Of a stretch of DNA of 64,000 nt, positions 11,201 through 20,982 are shown piece by piece. The translations under genes were made by a program, and so were the position numbers. The notes beneath the pieces are model-generated. The model was given only the letters and a program-made list of their open reading frames with translations, was not told where the DNA came from and searched no databases. Source of the stretch: Candidatus Marinacidobacterales bacterium (GTDB lineage Bacteria; Acidobacteriota; Vicinamibacteria; Marinacidobacterales; DATDRI01); contig CBDCNP010000002.1 in assembly GCA_965219415.1 (NCBI GenBank), positions 1,312,001 to 1,376,000 on the forward strand. The letters are read 5' to 3'. Each line of letters begins with the position of its first letter. Positions within the stretch are counted from its first letter, which is position 1.

Positions 11201-11896
11201 GCGGGTATCCCCCAGCTGACCCGCGACGCCGTCCACATAGCGGCGAAGGATCGGCGAGAGATACGCGTCGACGACCGTGGTGTCCCCACGCGAGACGAGC
11301 TTCATCAGCGGACTCACCTCCGAGCTCACCGAGATCTGAGTGAAACCGATCTCCTGCGCCAGCGCCGCGACTTGCTTCTCGTGATTCGGGTAGCGATATC
11401 CGTGCATGAAGACGATGGCCAAGGAACGGATGCCAGCTGCGAAAGCTGCTTCCAAGTCGCGACGGACCGGCTCGATCGACAGGGGATGCAGCACCTCGCC
11501 CTGGGCGCTCATCCGCTCATCAACCTCGATCACGCGCTGGTAGAGCATCTCCGGAAGCTCGATGCGATGGACGAAGAGCCGGGGACGATTTTGGTATGCG
11601 ATGCGCAGCGCGTCTCTGAACCCTTTGGTGATGGCGAGCGCCACCGGTACTCCCCTTCGCTCCAGGAGCGCATTGGTAGCCACGGTGGTCCCCATCTTGA
11701 CCACTTCGATCTCCAAAGCGGGGATGGCGGCCGCGTTCGGAGTATCGAGTAGCCGCCGGATGCCTTCGATCACTGCGTCGGTGTAGCGGCCGGGGTTTTC
11801 CGAAAGGAGTTTTTGCGACACGACGGCGCCGTCGGGACGCCGGCCCACGACATCAGTAAAGGTGCCACCCCGGTCGACCCAGAAGTGCCACCTCAT
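8294..11896 (-). CDS. oplA: ATP-dependent 5-oxoprolinase (fused hydantoinase A/B)
   Basis: 1200 aa; DRGGTFTD, DMGGTSTD, HTVAAGGGS, SVNIKERLDFSCA, HTHMTNSRLTDPE, ETPGGGGYG. Confidence 0.93.
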   Translation of the reverse strand: MRWHFWVDRGGTFTDVVGRRPDGAVVSQKLLSENPGRYTDAVIEGIRRLLDTPNAAAIPALEIEVVKMGTTVATNALLERRGVPVALAITKGFRDALRIAYQNRPRLFVHRIELPEMLYQRVIEVDERMSAQGEVLHPLSIEPVRRDLEAAFAAGIRSLAIVFMHGYRYPNHEKQVAALAQEIGFTQISVSSEVSPLMKLVSRGDTTVVDAYLSPILRRYVDGVAGQLGDTRLMFMQSSGGLTDAHLFRGKDAILSGPAGGLVGAVETSAIGGFEKIITFDMGGTSTDVAHYDGEYPRAFETQVAGVRMRAPMIEIHTVAAGGGSILKFDGARYRVGPDSAGADPGPACYRRGGPLALTDANLMLGHIVPEFFPHVFGGEGNLPLDAEVVSSGFADLAKTIGEATDDVRRPEEVAEGFRRIAVENMANAIKKISLERGYDVTGYTLSCFGGAGGQHACDIADTLGMTTIFLHPLAGVLSAYGMGLADVRALREQAVEAELNGEMLASLSDTLERLAEAGRKELRHQGVAEDRIDVLRKVHLRYVGTDSALVIDYGDLALVTTRFEAAHRQRFGFTMEDKGLIVEAVSVEVIGRTDTAEEPLLEAVVREQAIEPSTHVPMFTGGDWQDTPVYERGDLVRGDTIDGPAIITEAGSTTVVEPGWQSRLTERNHLVLTRVVPLPRRKVVGTEADPVMLEIFNNLFMSIAEQMGSTLEKTAYSVNIKERLDFSCAIFDPHGNLVANAPHMPVHLGSMSESIRTVIRENRQQLAPGDVYVLNAPYNGGTHLPDITVVTPVFDAEGSEIRFFVASRGHHADIGGVTPGSMPPDSRSVDEEGVLIDNFKLVDGGRFQEAPMRQLLTSGRYPARNPDQNSADLKAQIAANEKGVQEIGKMIDHYGLNVVHAYMTHVQDNAEEHVRRVLDVLKDGRFRYPLDDGAVVAVQIHIDKERRSAVIDFSETSPQQPTNFNAPSAVCRAAVLYVFRTLVDDEIPMNEGCLKPLEIIIPEGSMLSPRYPAAVVAGNVETSQIITDTLYGALGVLAASQGTMNNFTFGNDRHQYYETVAGGSGAGPDFDGTDAIHTHMTNSRLTDPEVLEWRFPVLLERFEIRRGSGGSGRHRGGDGTRRRIVFREAMTAAILSSHRKVAPFGVDDGEAGALGRNRVERRDGTVEQLEGTDKTEMKPGDVFVIETPGGGGYGASGSA

Positions 11897-11914
11897 CCGA
11901 GTTTGTCGAACCGC

Positions 11915-12496
11915 TCAGTAGACCGGCGGCGGGCCCTCACCGCTGAGGCAAGCGAGGACGTCAAAAAAACACTTTGCCGTGCCGCGGCCGGAACCTCCCT
12001 GGGTGACAGTGTGCTTGGCCTTGAGCTTGTACAAGCCGGTGACGTAATCCCGAGTATCGCCCTCACACATGAGCAGCCACAAGCCAGGGAGATTGACATC
12101 GAAGGTACAAGTGGTCGACTGTTTTCGCGCTTTGGAGAGATTGTAGGTGACCTCGACGTCGATGGAGTTTGCGGAGTTGAAGATCAGACTGGCAAAATAG
12201 AACGAACTGTATTGGTCGCCGCAGATTTGGTAAGCGTGGCCGTTCAGGCTGAGGTTGCTCTTGATCTGGGGTTCCTGAAAGCTAGTCCAGACATTGTAGA
12301 CTTCGATTGCGCCGCCGGCCGCGTTGCGCCCTAGCGCGCGCTGTCCCAACGTGCGGTCATCCAACACCCGCCCTAGATAGATCGCCCGAATGCTAAGGGG
12401 CTGGAAGGTCTGTACATCGGGCTCCTGTGCGGCCTCGGTCGCCGCCATCGAAAGAACCAGCGGGACTAAGAGCACGCCGATCCGGAGGTTTCTCAT
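11915..12496 (-). CDS. Hypothetical secreted protein
   Basis: AAGGAGG RBS, signal peptide MRNLRIGVLLVPLVLSMAATEA, several Cys. Confidence 0.6.
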   Translation of the reverse strand: MRNLRIGVLLVPLVLSMAATEAAQEPDVQTFQPLSIRAIYLGRVLDDRTLGQRALGRNAAGGAIEVYNVWTSFQEPQIKSNLSLNGHAYQICGDQYSSFYFASLIFNSANSIDVEVTYNLSKARKQSTTCTFDVNLPGLWLLMCEGDTRDYVTGLYKLKAKHTVTQGGSGRGTAKCFFDVLACLSGEGPPPVY

Positions 12497-12564
12497 GCAT
12501 CCTCCTTGAAGTGACGTCGGCGAGAGACGCCCATTATGCCACGGTAATACCGTGATGACTACAT

Positions 12565-13989
12565 TCAAGGGCTCGTAAGCCCGAAGCTGAAGAGAGCGCT
12601 CCCGGTGCGAATGTAGATTCGGCCGTCCGCGATGGCGGGAGTGGCGAAGCACAAATCGTCTAGATCATTCACGGCCAATACCTCGAGGCTCCCGTCAGGC
12701 TCCATCACCACGACTTTCCCCGATTCACTGACCATGAAAATCTTGCCGTCCGCCGCGATCGGAGCGGCGCGGAAATTGTCGACCGCACCCTTCAGCCTAC
12801 TCTGATTGATCACCTTGCCGGTTGCGGGCTCGAATGACGTCACGATGCCGGTGTCACTCAACATGTGAAGGACACCCTTGTAGAGTAAAGAAGAGGGTAA
12901 CTGTGGGACAGACTTGCCATAGTGCCAACGAAAGTTGTCCGCGGTCATATCCCCACGACCGCCGAGCCGGAAGCCGTACATGCCGCCCCTCGTCGCCATA
13001 GCCGCCTGGTAGTAGGCCCATTCCTCGGCATCGAGAAATCCGCTCCCGTCCAGGTCCATCAACCCGAACCACTTGACTCTGCCATCCTTCGTCTCTTCGC
13101 GGGAGAAGAGCCCATCACCGTCCGCGTCGTAAGCAGGCCTCACTTTCTCGAACGGTGGAATGCTCGCCTCGTTGCCGCTGGTACCGTTGATGAAAACCAT
13201 GTCCCGGTCGAAGACCGGGGTCGCCTTCATCTCGAACGCCAGTCCCGTTACCCACCAAACCGGCTCGCCAGTATCGACGGTGTACGCGGTCAGGCGAAAA
13301 GATCCCGGGACGAGGAGCAGCGCGTCGCCCCCCTCCGGGCGGTAGGTAATTGGGGTGGAGTGCCCAGTCTTGTACTCGGCGCGATCGACTCGCCACCTAA
13401 GCTGGCCGTCATCCCTTCCCACCGCGATCATGAACGACCCCGTGGACTGGTCGCACACCAGCACGACCTTGTCATCGACAAGGATCGGAGAAGCCGCCAT
13501 TCCATAGGCATTGTCGAAGGGACCGAGCGGCAGTCTCCAGCGCTCGTTTCCCGCAGAGTCATAGGAGAGCATCCCAAAGTCCCCGAAGAAGACGTAGACA
13601 TTCTCGCCATCGGTAACCGGTGTTGGAGAAGCAGGTGAGTTCCGTCGATCCAACTTTTCGGTACGGTCCCGGGGAGCCACCCGTCGCCACAGGATTTCCC
13701 CGGTATCGCGGTCCAGACAAAACGTCAGGAGAACCTCGCCCTCGAAGGCAGTGAGGAATATTCGGTTTTCGGTTAGGACTGGGGAGGAGTGCCCAGGCGG
13801 CAATTTCGTCTTCCACACCACATGCTTCGCCGGGCCGAACTCGATGGGGAGGGCAACCGCGTCTGATATCCCGGACCCGTTCGGCCCTCGATAACGCGAC
13901 CACTCCGATGCTTCTGGGGCTTCTGCTCCCAGACCGAGGATAGCCGGCAGAATCAACAGCCGAAATACGGAACGGTTAGCCTGTTTCAT
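12565..13989 (-). CDS. PQQ-binding-like beta-propeller repeat protein with an EF-hand-like insert
   Basis: WSRYRGPNGSG, repeated SSP/TP..DG blades, DADGDG and DLDGSG motifs. Confidence 0.85.
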   Translation of the reverse strand: MKQANRSVFRLLILPAILGLGAEAPEASEWSRYRGPNGSGISDAVALPIEFGPAKHVVWKTKLPPGHSSPVLTENRIFLTAFEGEVLLTFCLDRDTGEILWRRVAPRDRTEKLDRRNSPASPTPVTDGENVYVFFGDFGMLSYDSAGNERWRLPLGPFDNAYGMAASPILVDDKVVLVCDQSTGSFMIAVGRDDGQLRWRVDRAEYKTGHSTPITYRPEGGDALLLVPGSFRLTAYTVDTGEPVWWVTGLAFEMKATPVFDRDMVFINGTSGNEASIPPFEKVRPAYDADGDGLFSREETKDGRVKWFGLMDLDGSGFLDAEEWAYYQAAMATRGGMYGFRLGGRGDMTADNFRWHYGKSVPQLPSSLLYKGVLHMLSDTGIVTSFEPATGKVINQSRLKGAVDNFRAAPIAADGKIFMVSESGKVVVMEPDGSLEVLAVNDLDDLCFATPAIADGRIYIRTGSALFSFGLTSP

Positions 13990-14013
13990 TCCGGCGGAAC
14001 ATCCTCAGATGGC

Positions 14014-14397
14014 TCAGAACATCCCGAGCTGTAATCGGGCGGCCTCGGTCATTTTTTCCGGCGTCCAAGGGGGCTCCCAAATGACTTCCACCTTGGCGGA
14101 GCTAACACCCTCGACGTTTTTCACTTTGTTCTCCACTTCGGGAGGAAGCGAGCCAGCCACCGGGCAAGCCGGTGAGGTCAAGGTCATCTGGATCGCGACC
14201 GCGCCCGCGTCGTCGATGTCGATGTCGTAAATGAGTCCCAGCTCGTAAATATTGACGGGGATCTCAGGATCGAAACAAGTCTCGAGCACTTCGACGACCT
14301 TGGTTTTGAGATCCTTGGGAGCGCTGGCCTCGGTCGTCTCGCTCTTAGCGGGGCTGGCAGGGCTGTCAGGCACTTTGGGTTCGTTCGTATCCGTCAT
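14014..14397 (-). CDS. sufT: SUF Fe-S assembly protein, DUF59/SufT
   Basis: DPEIPVNIYELGLIY, MTLTSPACPVAG, WEPPW; last gene of the suf operon. Confidence 0.85.
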   Translation of the reverse strand: MTDTNEPKVPDSPASPAKSETTEASAPKDLKTKVVEVLETCFDPEIPVNIYELGLIYDIDIDDAGAVAIQMTLTSPACPVAGSLPPEVENKVKNVEGVSSAKVEVIWEPPWTPEKMTEAARLQLGMF

Positions 14398-14409
14398 CCT
14401 TCTACTCCT

Positions 14410-14865
14410 CTATTCTGTGGACACCGCGTCTTCGGTCTTTTCCAGCGCGGCCCGCAAGGTGTGCCATGCTAACGTGGCGCACTTCACGCGAATCGGAAAT
14501 TCTTGGACGCCGGCGAAGACCGCAAGCTTACCGAGGTTGTCGGTTCCGTCTCCCGATTCGAGCTTTCCGGTCACCAGATCGTGAAACCGTCCGAAAAGCG
14601 CCTCCGCCTCCTCGAGGGTCTTGCCTTTCAGGCTCTCGGTCATCATCGAGGCCGATGCCGTCGAGATCGCACAGCCCGCTCCCTGAAAACCGACGTCCTG
14701 GATCTTGCCGTCTTTTACGGTGACGAAGACGGTAACCTTGTCTCCGCACAAGGGATTGTGCCCCTTCGCTTGATGCCCGGTGTTTTCGATCTCACGGAAG
14801 TTGCGGGGCTTCTTGCTATGGTCCAGGATGACTTCTTGATAGAACTCGCGTAGCCCCTCCATCAA
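14410..14865 (-). CDS. sufU: SUF system NifU-family protein
   Basis: YQEVILDH, NPLCGD, GCAISTASAS, RVKCATLAWH. Confidence 0.92.
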   Translation of the reverse strand: MMEGLREFYQEVILDHSKKPRNFREIENTGHQAKGHNPLCGDKVTVFVTVKDGKIQDVGFQGAGCAISTASASMMTESLKGKTLEEAEALFGRFHDLVTGKLESGDGTDNLGKLAVFAGVQEFPIRVKCATLAWHTLRAALEKTEDAVSTE

Positions 14866-16130
14866 CGAAACACCTCGAGAACCTTGTGAATCCCTTCGAC
14901 TAATGTATCAAACTCTTCTTTCGTATTATAGAGAGCCAATGAGGCGCGGGCGGTGGCGGGAACCCCGAATCTGTCCATCACCGGCTGAGCACAATGGTGC
15001 CCGGTTCGAACCGCGATGCCGTCTTGATCCAAGACCGTTCCGACATCGTGGGGATGGATTCTCTTCAAGACGAAGGATAGCACCGACGCTTTCTCTTTGG
15101 CCTGGCCGACGATGGTGAGTCCCGGAATCTGCGAGAGCGCCTGAGTTCCATATTCCAGTAGCTCGTGCTCGTAGGCACCGATGGTACCCATCCCGAGCTC
15201 CTCGAGATAATCGATGGCCGCACCCAGGCCGACCACGTCGGCAATGTTCGGCGTTCCCGCTTCGAATTTGTATGGAAGCTGGTTGTAGGTCGTCTTCTCG
15301 AAGGTGACCGAGCTGATCATGTCACCGCCACCTTGGTAGGGCGGCATCTTGTCGAGGAGCGCCTCTTTTCCATAAAGAACCCCGACGCCCGACGGGCCGA
15401 ACATCTTGTGGCTGGAGAAGGCATAAAAATCTACATCAAGCTCCTGCACATCGATCGCCATGTGCGGCACCGCCTGCGCCGCATCGAGGAGGACCGGGAT
15501 GTCACGGGCGTGCGCCATGCGGATGATCTCCCGCACCGGGTTGATGGTGCCGAGCGCGTTCGAGACGTGGGGCAAGGACACAATTTTGGTCTTGGGACTT
15601 AAGAGTTTTTCGAGCTCGTCGAGAAGTAGCTCACCCCGATCATTAATAGGGGCGACTTTCAGGTGAGCGCCTTTTTCCTCGCAAAGCATCTGCCACGGAA
15701 CGATGTTGGAATGGTGTTCCATGGTCGTGATCAACACTTCGTCATCGGCACCTATCTGAGCCCGTCCGTAGGTTTCGGCGACGAGGTTGATGGCCTCGGT
15801 GGCGCCGCGTACGAAGATGATCTCCCGCTCGCTGGCGGCCTTGATGAAACGCTGCACCTTGAGCCGAGCGTCTTCGTAGCTCTTGGTGGCTCGCTGGCTC
15901 AGCTCGTGGACGCCGCGATGGATGTTGGAGTAATCCTCGGAGTAGAAGCGCGAGATGGTATCGATCACCTGTTCAGGCTTCTGCGAGCTCGCCGCATTGT
16001 CTAAGTAGACCAGAGGCTTGCCTCGAACCTTTTGCTTCAAGATGGGAAAGTCTTCCCGGATTCGGTAGACGTCGTACGGCTTCTTCACCGCGACGGGTGG
16101 TGTGATCGAAGGATTGCTTTGGACGCTCAT
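14862..16130 (-). CDS. sufS: Cysteine desulfurase
   Basis: YLDNAASSQKP, SSHKMFGP, RTGHHCAQP; start at MSVQSN overlapping the sufD stop. Confidence 0.95.
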   Translation of the reverse strand: MSVQSNPSITPPVAVKKPYDVYRIREDFPILKQKVRGKPLVYLDNAASSQKPEQVIDTISRFYSEDYSNIHRGVHELSQRATKSYEDARLKVQRFIKAASEREIIFVRGATEAINLVAETYGRAQIGADDEVLITTMEHHSNIVPWQMLCEEKGAHLKVAPINDRGELLLDELEKLLSPKTKIVSLPHVSNALGTINPVREIIRMAHARDIPVLLDAAQAVPHMAIDVQELDVDFYAFSSHKMFGPSGVGVLYGKEALLDKMPPYQGGGDMISSVTFEKTTYNQLPYKFEAGTPNIADVVGLGAAIDYLEELGMGTIGAYEHELLEYGTQALSQIPGLTIVGQAKEKASVLSFVLKRIHPHDVGTVLDQDGIAVRTGHHCAQPVMDRFGVPATARASLALYNTKEEFDTLVEGIHKVLEVFR

Positions 16131-17467
16131 TGAGACTTCCCGCTGCCCGCATTCGCGGTTGCAGGCAAACCGGCGAACAAGGTCCGCTCGAGCTCCGACC
16201 GAATCGCATCGACCTTGATCTTGGAATTGATATCGCTCATGAACCCGAAGGTCAGGAGATGCCGGGCGGTCTCGAGATCGATCCCGCGAGAACGAAGGTA
16301 GAAGAGAACGTCGGCGTCCAGCTGACCAATGGTCGCGCCGTGGGCGCACTTCACATCGTCGGCGTTGATCTCGAGCTGGGGGTTGGTATTGACCAAGGCC
16401 TCGTCTGAGAGCAGGAGGTTCTTGTTGGTCTGGCGGGCATCGGTCTTCTGGGCGTCGGGGCGCACGATGATCCGTCCGTTGAAGACGGCTCGAGCACGCT
16501 CGCTCAAGATCCCTTTATAGAGCTCGCGGCTCGTACAGTGCGGCTTCGCATGATCAATCACGGTATGGTGATCGACATGCTGTTCTCCATTCACGACGTA
16601 AAGCCCATTCAACGTGAGATCCGCGCCCTCTCCATCCAGCACCGCGTTGATGTCGTTCCGAACGAGTGCCCCACCGAGTGAGATCGAATGCGTGGAGACT
16701 GTCGCGCTCCGCGCGAGTTGAAAATGAAGCGTGGCGACGTGGAACGCCTGATCGCCCTCGCGTTGGAGCTTGTAGTGATCGAGGTTGGCACTCTCCCCAG
16801 CCACAACTTCGGTGGTGGCATTGGTAAAATAGCCGATCCCGTCCACCCCCGCATAGCTTTCCACGATCCTTGCCTGGCTTCCCGACTCCGCAACAATAAC
16901 ACTATGGGGATGCGAGACCGCGGGCTTATCGCCGGGAGCAGAAAGGAACACGAGGTGGATGGGCTCCTCGACCACCCCTCCCTTGGGCACGAAGACGAAG
17001 GCTCCGTCCGTCAGGAAGGCCGTATTCAATGCCGCAAAGGCGTTTTCTCGGTAGTCTGCAGCGCGAGCCAGGTGCGGCTCGACGAGTTGTCGCTTCGTCC
17101 CCAGGGCCTCGCTCAGACTTCCCACGAATGCGCCTTGGGGTAGAGAACGGATGAACGAAAGCTCCGGCGAAAGCCGCCCGTTGACGAAAACGAACTCGTT
17201 CCGGTTCCACTCGCCGAGGCCCAGTCGCTTCAGGGCGTCGGGAGACGCGGTCGTGGGCGTAGCGAGCTCGAAGGCGTTGCGCGTGATCGAGGCGACGCTG
17301 GTGAATCGCCATTCCTCGTCGTTGGTGGTCGGGAAGCCGCGCTCCGCGAAACGCTGCATGGCCGCCTGCCGCAGGGAATGAATCCAGGATGGCTTGGCCC
17401 TCGGGGACTTCTCAAAAAGCGAGAATTCCTCGAGGTAGTTTCCTAATTGCTTGATCGCTTCCACCAT
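16127..17467 (-). CDS. sufD: Fe-S cluster assembly protein SufD
   Basis: EEWRFT, PQLEINADDVKCAHGAT, FYLRSRGI. Confidence 0.95.
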   Translation of the reverse strand: MVEAIKQLGNYLEEFSLFEKSPRAKPSWIHSLRQAAMQRFAERGFPTTNDEEWRFTSVASITRNAFELATPTTASPDALKRLGLGEWNRNEFVFVNGRLSPELSFIRSLPQGAFVGSLSEALGTKRQLVEPHLARAADYRENAFAALNTAFLTDGAFVFVPKGGVVEEPIHLVFLSAPGDKPAVSHPHSVIVAESGSQARIVESYAGVDGIGYFTNATTEVVAGESANLDHYKLQREGDQAFHVATLHFQLARSATVSTHSISLGGALVRNDINAVLDGEGADLTLNGLYVVNGEQHVDHHTVIDHAKPHCTSRELYKGILSERARAVFNGRIIVRPDAQKTDARQTNKNLLLSDEALVNTNPQLEINADDVKCAHGATIGQLDADVLFYLRSRGIDLETARHLLTFGFMSDINSKIKVDAIRSELERTLFAGLPATANAGSGKSQ

Positions 17468-17473
17468 GACGAA

Positions 17474-18268
17474 TCAAACAGCCTCAGCGGCCTGACTCGG
17501 CGCTGGCTCCTTCTCGATCCAACCGTACCCCTTCTCCTCTAGCTCGAGGGCCAACTCTTTGCCGCCGGAGCGTACGATGCGTCCGTCGTCTATGACGTGA
17601 ACGTAGTCGGGCACGATGTAGTTCAGTAGTCTCTGATAGTGGGTAATCACGACGAAGGCGCGCTCTTCACTGCGAAACGCGTTGACGCCGTTGGCTACGA
17701 TCTTCAATGCGTCGATATCGAGCCCGGAATCCGTCTCGTCGAGGATAGCGAGCGTCGGCTCCAACACCGTCATTTGAAAGATCTCGTTTCGCTTCTTTTC
17801 CCCGCCGGAGAATCCCTCGTTGACCGGGCGGTTGATGAGCCCTTCATCCATTTCCACCAGCTTCATCTTCTTACGGACCAAGGAGAGAAAGTCCATGGCG
17901 TCGAGCTCTTCCTCGCCGCGATGCCTTCGTATGGCATTGACCGCCGCCTTCAGAAAATAGGTGTTGTTGACACCGGGAATCTCGACCGGGTACTGAAACG
18001 CCATGAAGAGGCCTTCACAGGCACGGATCTCGGGAGTCATCGTGAGCAAGTTCTCTCCTCGATATAACACCTCTCCCTGGGTCACGCTGTACGTTTCTCG
18101 TCCCGCCAGCACCTGGGACAGGGTGCTCTTGCCGGAGCCATTGGGCCCCATGATGGCGTGCACTTCGCCAGCGTTTACGTTGAGGTTAATTCCCTTCAGA
18201 ATCTCCACGCAGCCGGCTGTGGCGTGAAGATTGTTGATCTCGAGCATTGTCGTTTTTCCTTCTGCCAT
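17474..18268 (-). CDS. sufC: Fe-S cluster assembly ATPase SufC
   Basis: GPNGSGKS, FSGGEKKRNE, LDETDSGLDIDA. Confidence 0.96.
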   Translation of the reverse strand: MAEGKTTMLEINNLHATAGCVEILKGINLNVNAGEVHAIMGPNGSGKSTLSQVLAGRETYSVTQGEVLYRGENLLTMTPEIRACEGLFMAFQYPVEIPGVNNTYFLKAAVNAIRRHRGEEELDAMDFLSLVRKKMKLVEMDEGLINRPVNEGFSGGEKKRNEIFQMTVLEPTLAILDETDSGLDIDALKIVANGVNAFRSEERAFVVITHYQRLLNYIVPDYVHVIDDGRIVRSGGKELALELEEKGYGWIEKEPAPSQAAEAV

Positions 18269-18273
18269 CGCTT

Positions 18274-19719
18274 CTAACCTACGCTCCCTTCCAAACTGAC
18301 GCCGAGGAGCTTTTGCGCCTCGACCGCGAATTCCATGGGGAGCTCACGCAGAACCTGTTTGCAGAACCCGTTGACGATCATCGTCATCGCATCTTCGGTA
18401 GAGATGCCCCGCTGATTACAGTAGAAGAGTTGATCCTCTCCGATCTTCGATGTGGTGGCCTCGTGCTCCATTTGCGCGGTGGGGTTCCTGACCTCGATAT
18501 AGGGGAACGTGTGAGCGCCACATTTACCCCCGATCAAAAGCGAGTCACACTGCGAGAAATTCCGCGCCCCGACCGCGGTCTTCTGGATTTTCACCTGCCC
18601 GCGGTAGGTGTTTTGTCCGTGACCGGCGGAGATCCCCTTGGAGATGATAGTACTGCGCGTGTTCCTGCCGATATGGATCATCTTGGTCCCGGTGTCCGCC
18701 TGCTGGTAGTTGTTGGCCAGGGCCACCGAGTAGAACTCGCCCACCGAGTTCTCGCCCTGGAGAATGCAACTAGGATATTTCCAAGTAATAGCCGAACCGG
18801 TCTCTACCTGGGTCCAGGAGATCTTGGAATTGACGCCTGCGCATTTCCCGCGCTTGGTCACGAAATTGTAAATCCCACCCTTGCCCTCTTTGTCACCCGG
18901 GTACCAGTTCTGGATCGTCGAGTACTTGATCTCGGCGCTGTCGAGGGCCACCAACTCGACCACTGCGGCGTGAAGCTGATTCTCATCCCGCATCGGTGCA
19001 GTACACCCTTCGAGATAGCTCACATAGCTACCTTCTTCGGCAACGATAAGCGTCCGCTCGAACTGACCGGTGGCAGAGGCATTGATTCGAAAGTAGGTGG
19101 AAAGCTCCATGGGAGAACGAACGCCCTTGGGAACGTACACGAACGAGCCGTCGGTAAAGACCGCCGAGTTCAGAGTGGCGAAGAAGTTATCGGTGTAAGG
19201 CACCACCGAGCCTAGGTATTTCCGAACTAAATCCGGATGTTCCTTCACCGCCTCCGAGAAGCTGGAGAAGATGATCCCGAGCTCGGAAAGCTTCTCCTTG
19301 AAGGTCGTGGCCACGGAGACGCTGTCGAACACCGCATCCACCGCCACGCCCGACAACCGCTCTTGCTCTTGAAGTGAGATGCCTAGCTTGGCATAGGTTT
19401 CGAGGAGCTGGGGGTCGACTTCATCGAGACTCTTGGGCGCCTCCTTCTGCTTCGGAGCCGAGTAATAAATGATGTCCTGATAGTTGATTGGTGGGTAGTG
19501 AACGTTCGGCCACGTCGGCTCGACCATTTTGAGCCAGTGCCGGTAGGCCTTGAGCCGCCACTCCAGCAGCCACGCCGGTTCCTCCTTCTTTGCCGAGATC
19601 ACCCGGATGACATCTTCATTCAACCCAGGTGGAACCGCATCCGTTTCGATGTCGGTAACGAACCCATACTTGTACTCTTTGTTGACGAGTTCTTCGATGT
19701 TGCTGGACGGGTTGCTCAT
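18274..19719 (-). CDS. sufB: Fe-S cluster assembly protein SufB
   Basis: [32 protein letters not shown]. Confidence 0.97.
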   Translation of the reverse strand: MSNPSSNIEELVNKEYKYGFVTDIETDAVPPGLNEDVIRVISAKKEEPAWLLEWRLKAYRHWLKMVEPTWPNVHYPPINYQDIIYYSAPKQKEAPKSLDEVDPQLLETYAKLGISLQEQERLSGVAVDAVFDSVSVATTFKEKLSELGIIFSSFSEAVKEHPDLVRKYLGSVVPYTDNFFATLNSAVFTDGSFVYVPKGVRSPMELSTYFRINASATGQFERTLIVAEEGSYVSYLEGCTAPMRDENQLHAAVVELVALDSAEIKYSTIQNWYPGDKEGKGGIYNFVTKRGKCAGVNSKISWTQVETGSAITWKYPSCILQGENSVGEFYSVALANNYQQADTGTKMIHIGRNTRSTIISKGISAGHGQNTYRGQVKIQKTAVGARNFSQCDSLLIGGKCGAHTFPYIEVRNPTAQMEHEATTSKIGEDQLFYCNQRGISTEDAMTMIVNGFCKQVLRELPMEFAVEAQKLLGVSLEGSVG

Positions 19720-19772
19720 CTATTCTCCTCTTGTCGAGCTCTTCTGAACCGATCCACTTCGGTCTGAATTTT

Positions 19773-20237
19773 TTACTGGAGGACCGGCAGCTCCCTTGTA
19801 TTTTCAGGATTGCCGGCTCGAGGAATCTCGGACTCTTGCTCGACCATCTGTGCAATGGTTAGAGTGGACAACATCCCGACCACGCGGTCGTGGAGTCTTT
19901 GCAGAGGGCTCTTTACATTACAGGTCTCGAACTGCAGACAGTTCCCGTCGGCGGAGGAACATTCGGTCAGGGACAACATTCCGTCGATCGCCTGGACGAC
20001 CTCTGCGACGCTGATCTGGCTCGCGGGTCGTGCGAGTGTATAGCCGCCCTTCTTGCCGTGCTGGGATGCGACGAAGCCTTCTTGCGCAAGTCTCTGAAGC
20101 ACCTTCGCCAGAAGGCCCCCCGGGATATCGTAGGCTTCCGCCATCTGCCGGGCGCTCCAGGACGAGGCATCGTTATATCGAGCCAGATGCATGAGTGCCA
20201 TCAGCCCGTAGTCCACTTTCTTGGAGAGTCTAAGCAT
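19773..20237 (-). CDS. Rrf2-family transcriptional regulator (IscR-like, three Cys)
   Basis: MLRLSKKVDYG, GKKGGYTLAR, C-x6-C-x5-C; first gene of the suf operon. Confidence 0.9.
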   Translation of the reverse strand: MLRLSKKVDYGLMALMHLARYNDASSWSARQMAEAYDIPGGLLAKVLQRLAQEGFVASQHGKKGGYTLARPASQISVAEVVQAIDGMLSLTECSSADGNCLQFETCNVKSPLQRLHDRVVGMLSTLTIAQMVEQESEIPRAGNPENTRELPVLQ

Positions 20238-20242
20238 ATTCC

Positions 20243-20269
20243 TATATCCGACCAATTTGGTCGGATATA
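20243..20269. promoter_or_regulatory. Rrf2/IscR type-1-like operator
   Basis: Perfect palindrome TATATCCGACCAA-T-TTGGTCGGATATA between the -10 box and the rrf2 ATG; resembles the IscR type-1 consensus ATASYYGACTRwwwYAGTCRRSTAT. Confidence 0.8.
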
Positions 20270-20298
20270 TCATAGTCTAGAAGGTCGCCGAATGTCAA
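20269..20298 (-). promoter_or_regulatory. Sigma70-type promoter of the rrf2-suf operon
   Basis: TTGACA (20298-20293), 18-nt spacer, TATGAT (20274-20269). Confidence 0.75.
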
Positions 20299-20412
20299 AG
20301 TATTAAATCGAGCCGGGGCAAGCCGCTGAACTAGTTTATTTGCAATAACTTGAGGCTCTGCAACCCCGCCGGACACCGGCTTCGGATCGAAGAACTTCGG
20401 AAGCGGCATCGT

Positions 20413-20952
20413 TCAGGGCGCCGAAACGTCGCGTTGCCGGGAATCAACGGAGCCAGGCGCCGGTTTCGCGACCGCCGCTCGCTCCCCCAAATGGCGAACG
20501 TAGGCCATGAGTGGCTCGTAGTGCTCGTCTTGGATGACGCCACGTCTTCATATCCGACATGTGGGGCAGCTTCACCATATACGGCGGGATGTAAGTACCG
20601 TCTCGAGTGATCCCGGTTCGAAGAAGGTAGGCGAGCTCGCCGTCGGACCAGCTACCGATGCCCTTTTGAGGATGTCGGGTGATGTTATTGGAATAGATCG
20701 GGCCGAATTCCGGTGGGGCGTCGGACATGTGCCTACCCGTGACCTTCATGGTCACTGGATCCATGTGGCAGCCGAGGCAGATCGCGGAGGCGAGGACCTT
20801 ACCTCTGGCGATTCGTTCAGGAGTCGAATCGATTTCGAGCGCGATCGCGGCGGGTCGAAGGTTGGTGGATGACCGAAGTGAACGACAGCCGCTAGTCCGG
20901 CCACGAAGACGAACGTAGCCAGTCGGCCAATCCACCTCAGCGCGGTTCTCAT
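20413..20952 (-). pseudogene. Membrane-anchored c-type cytochrome, frameshifted and internally truncated
   Basis: N-terminal TM MRTALRWIGRLATFVFVAG; then, in another frame, ERIARGK..CLGCH..YSNNITRHP..GIGSWSDGEL..MVKLPHMSD; breaks near 20540. Confidence 0.7.
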
Positions 20953-20982
20953 ATTCGCGCTTCAGTACTTCCGCGACTGCGG

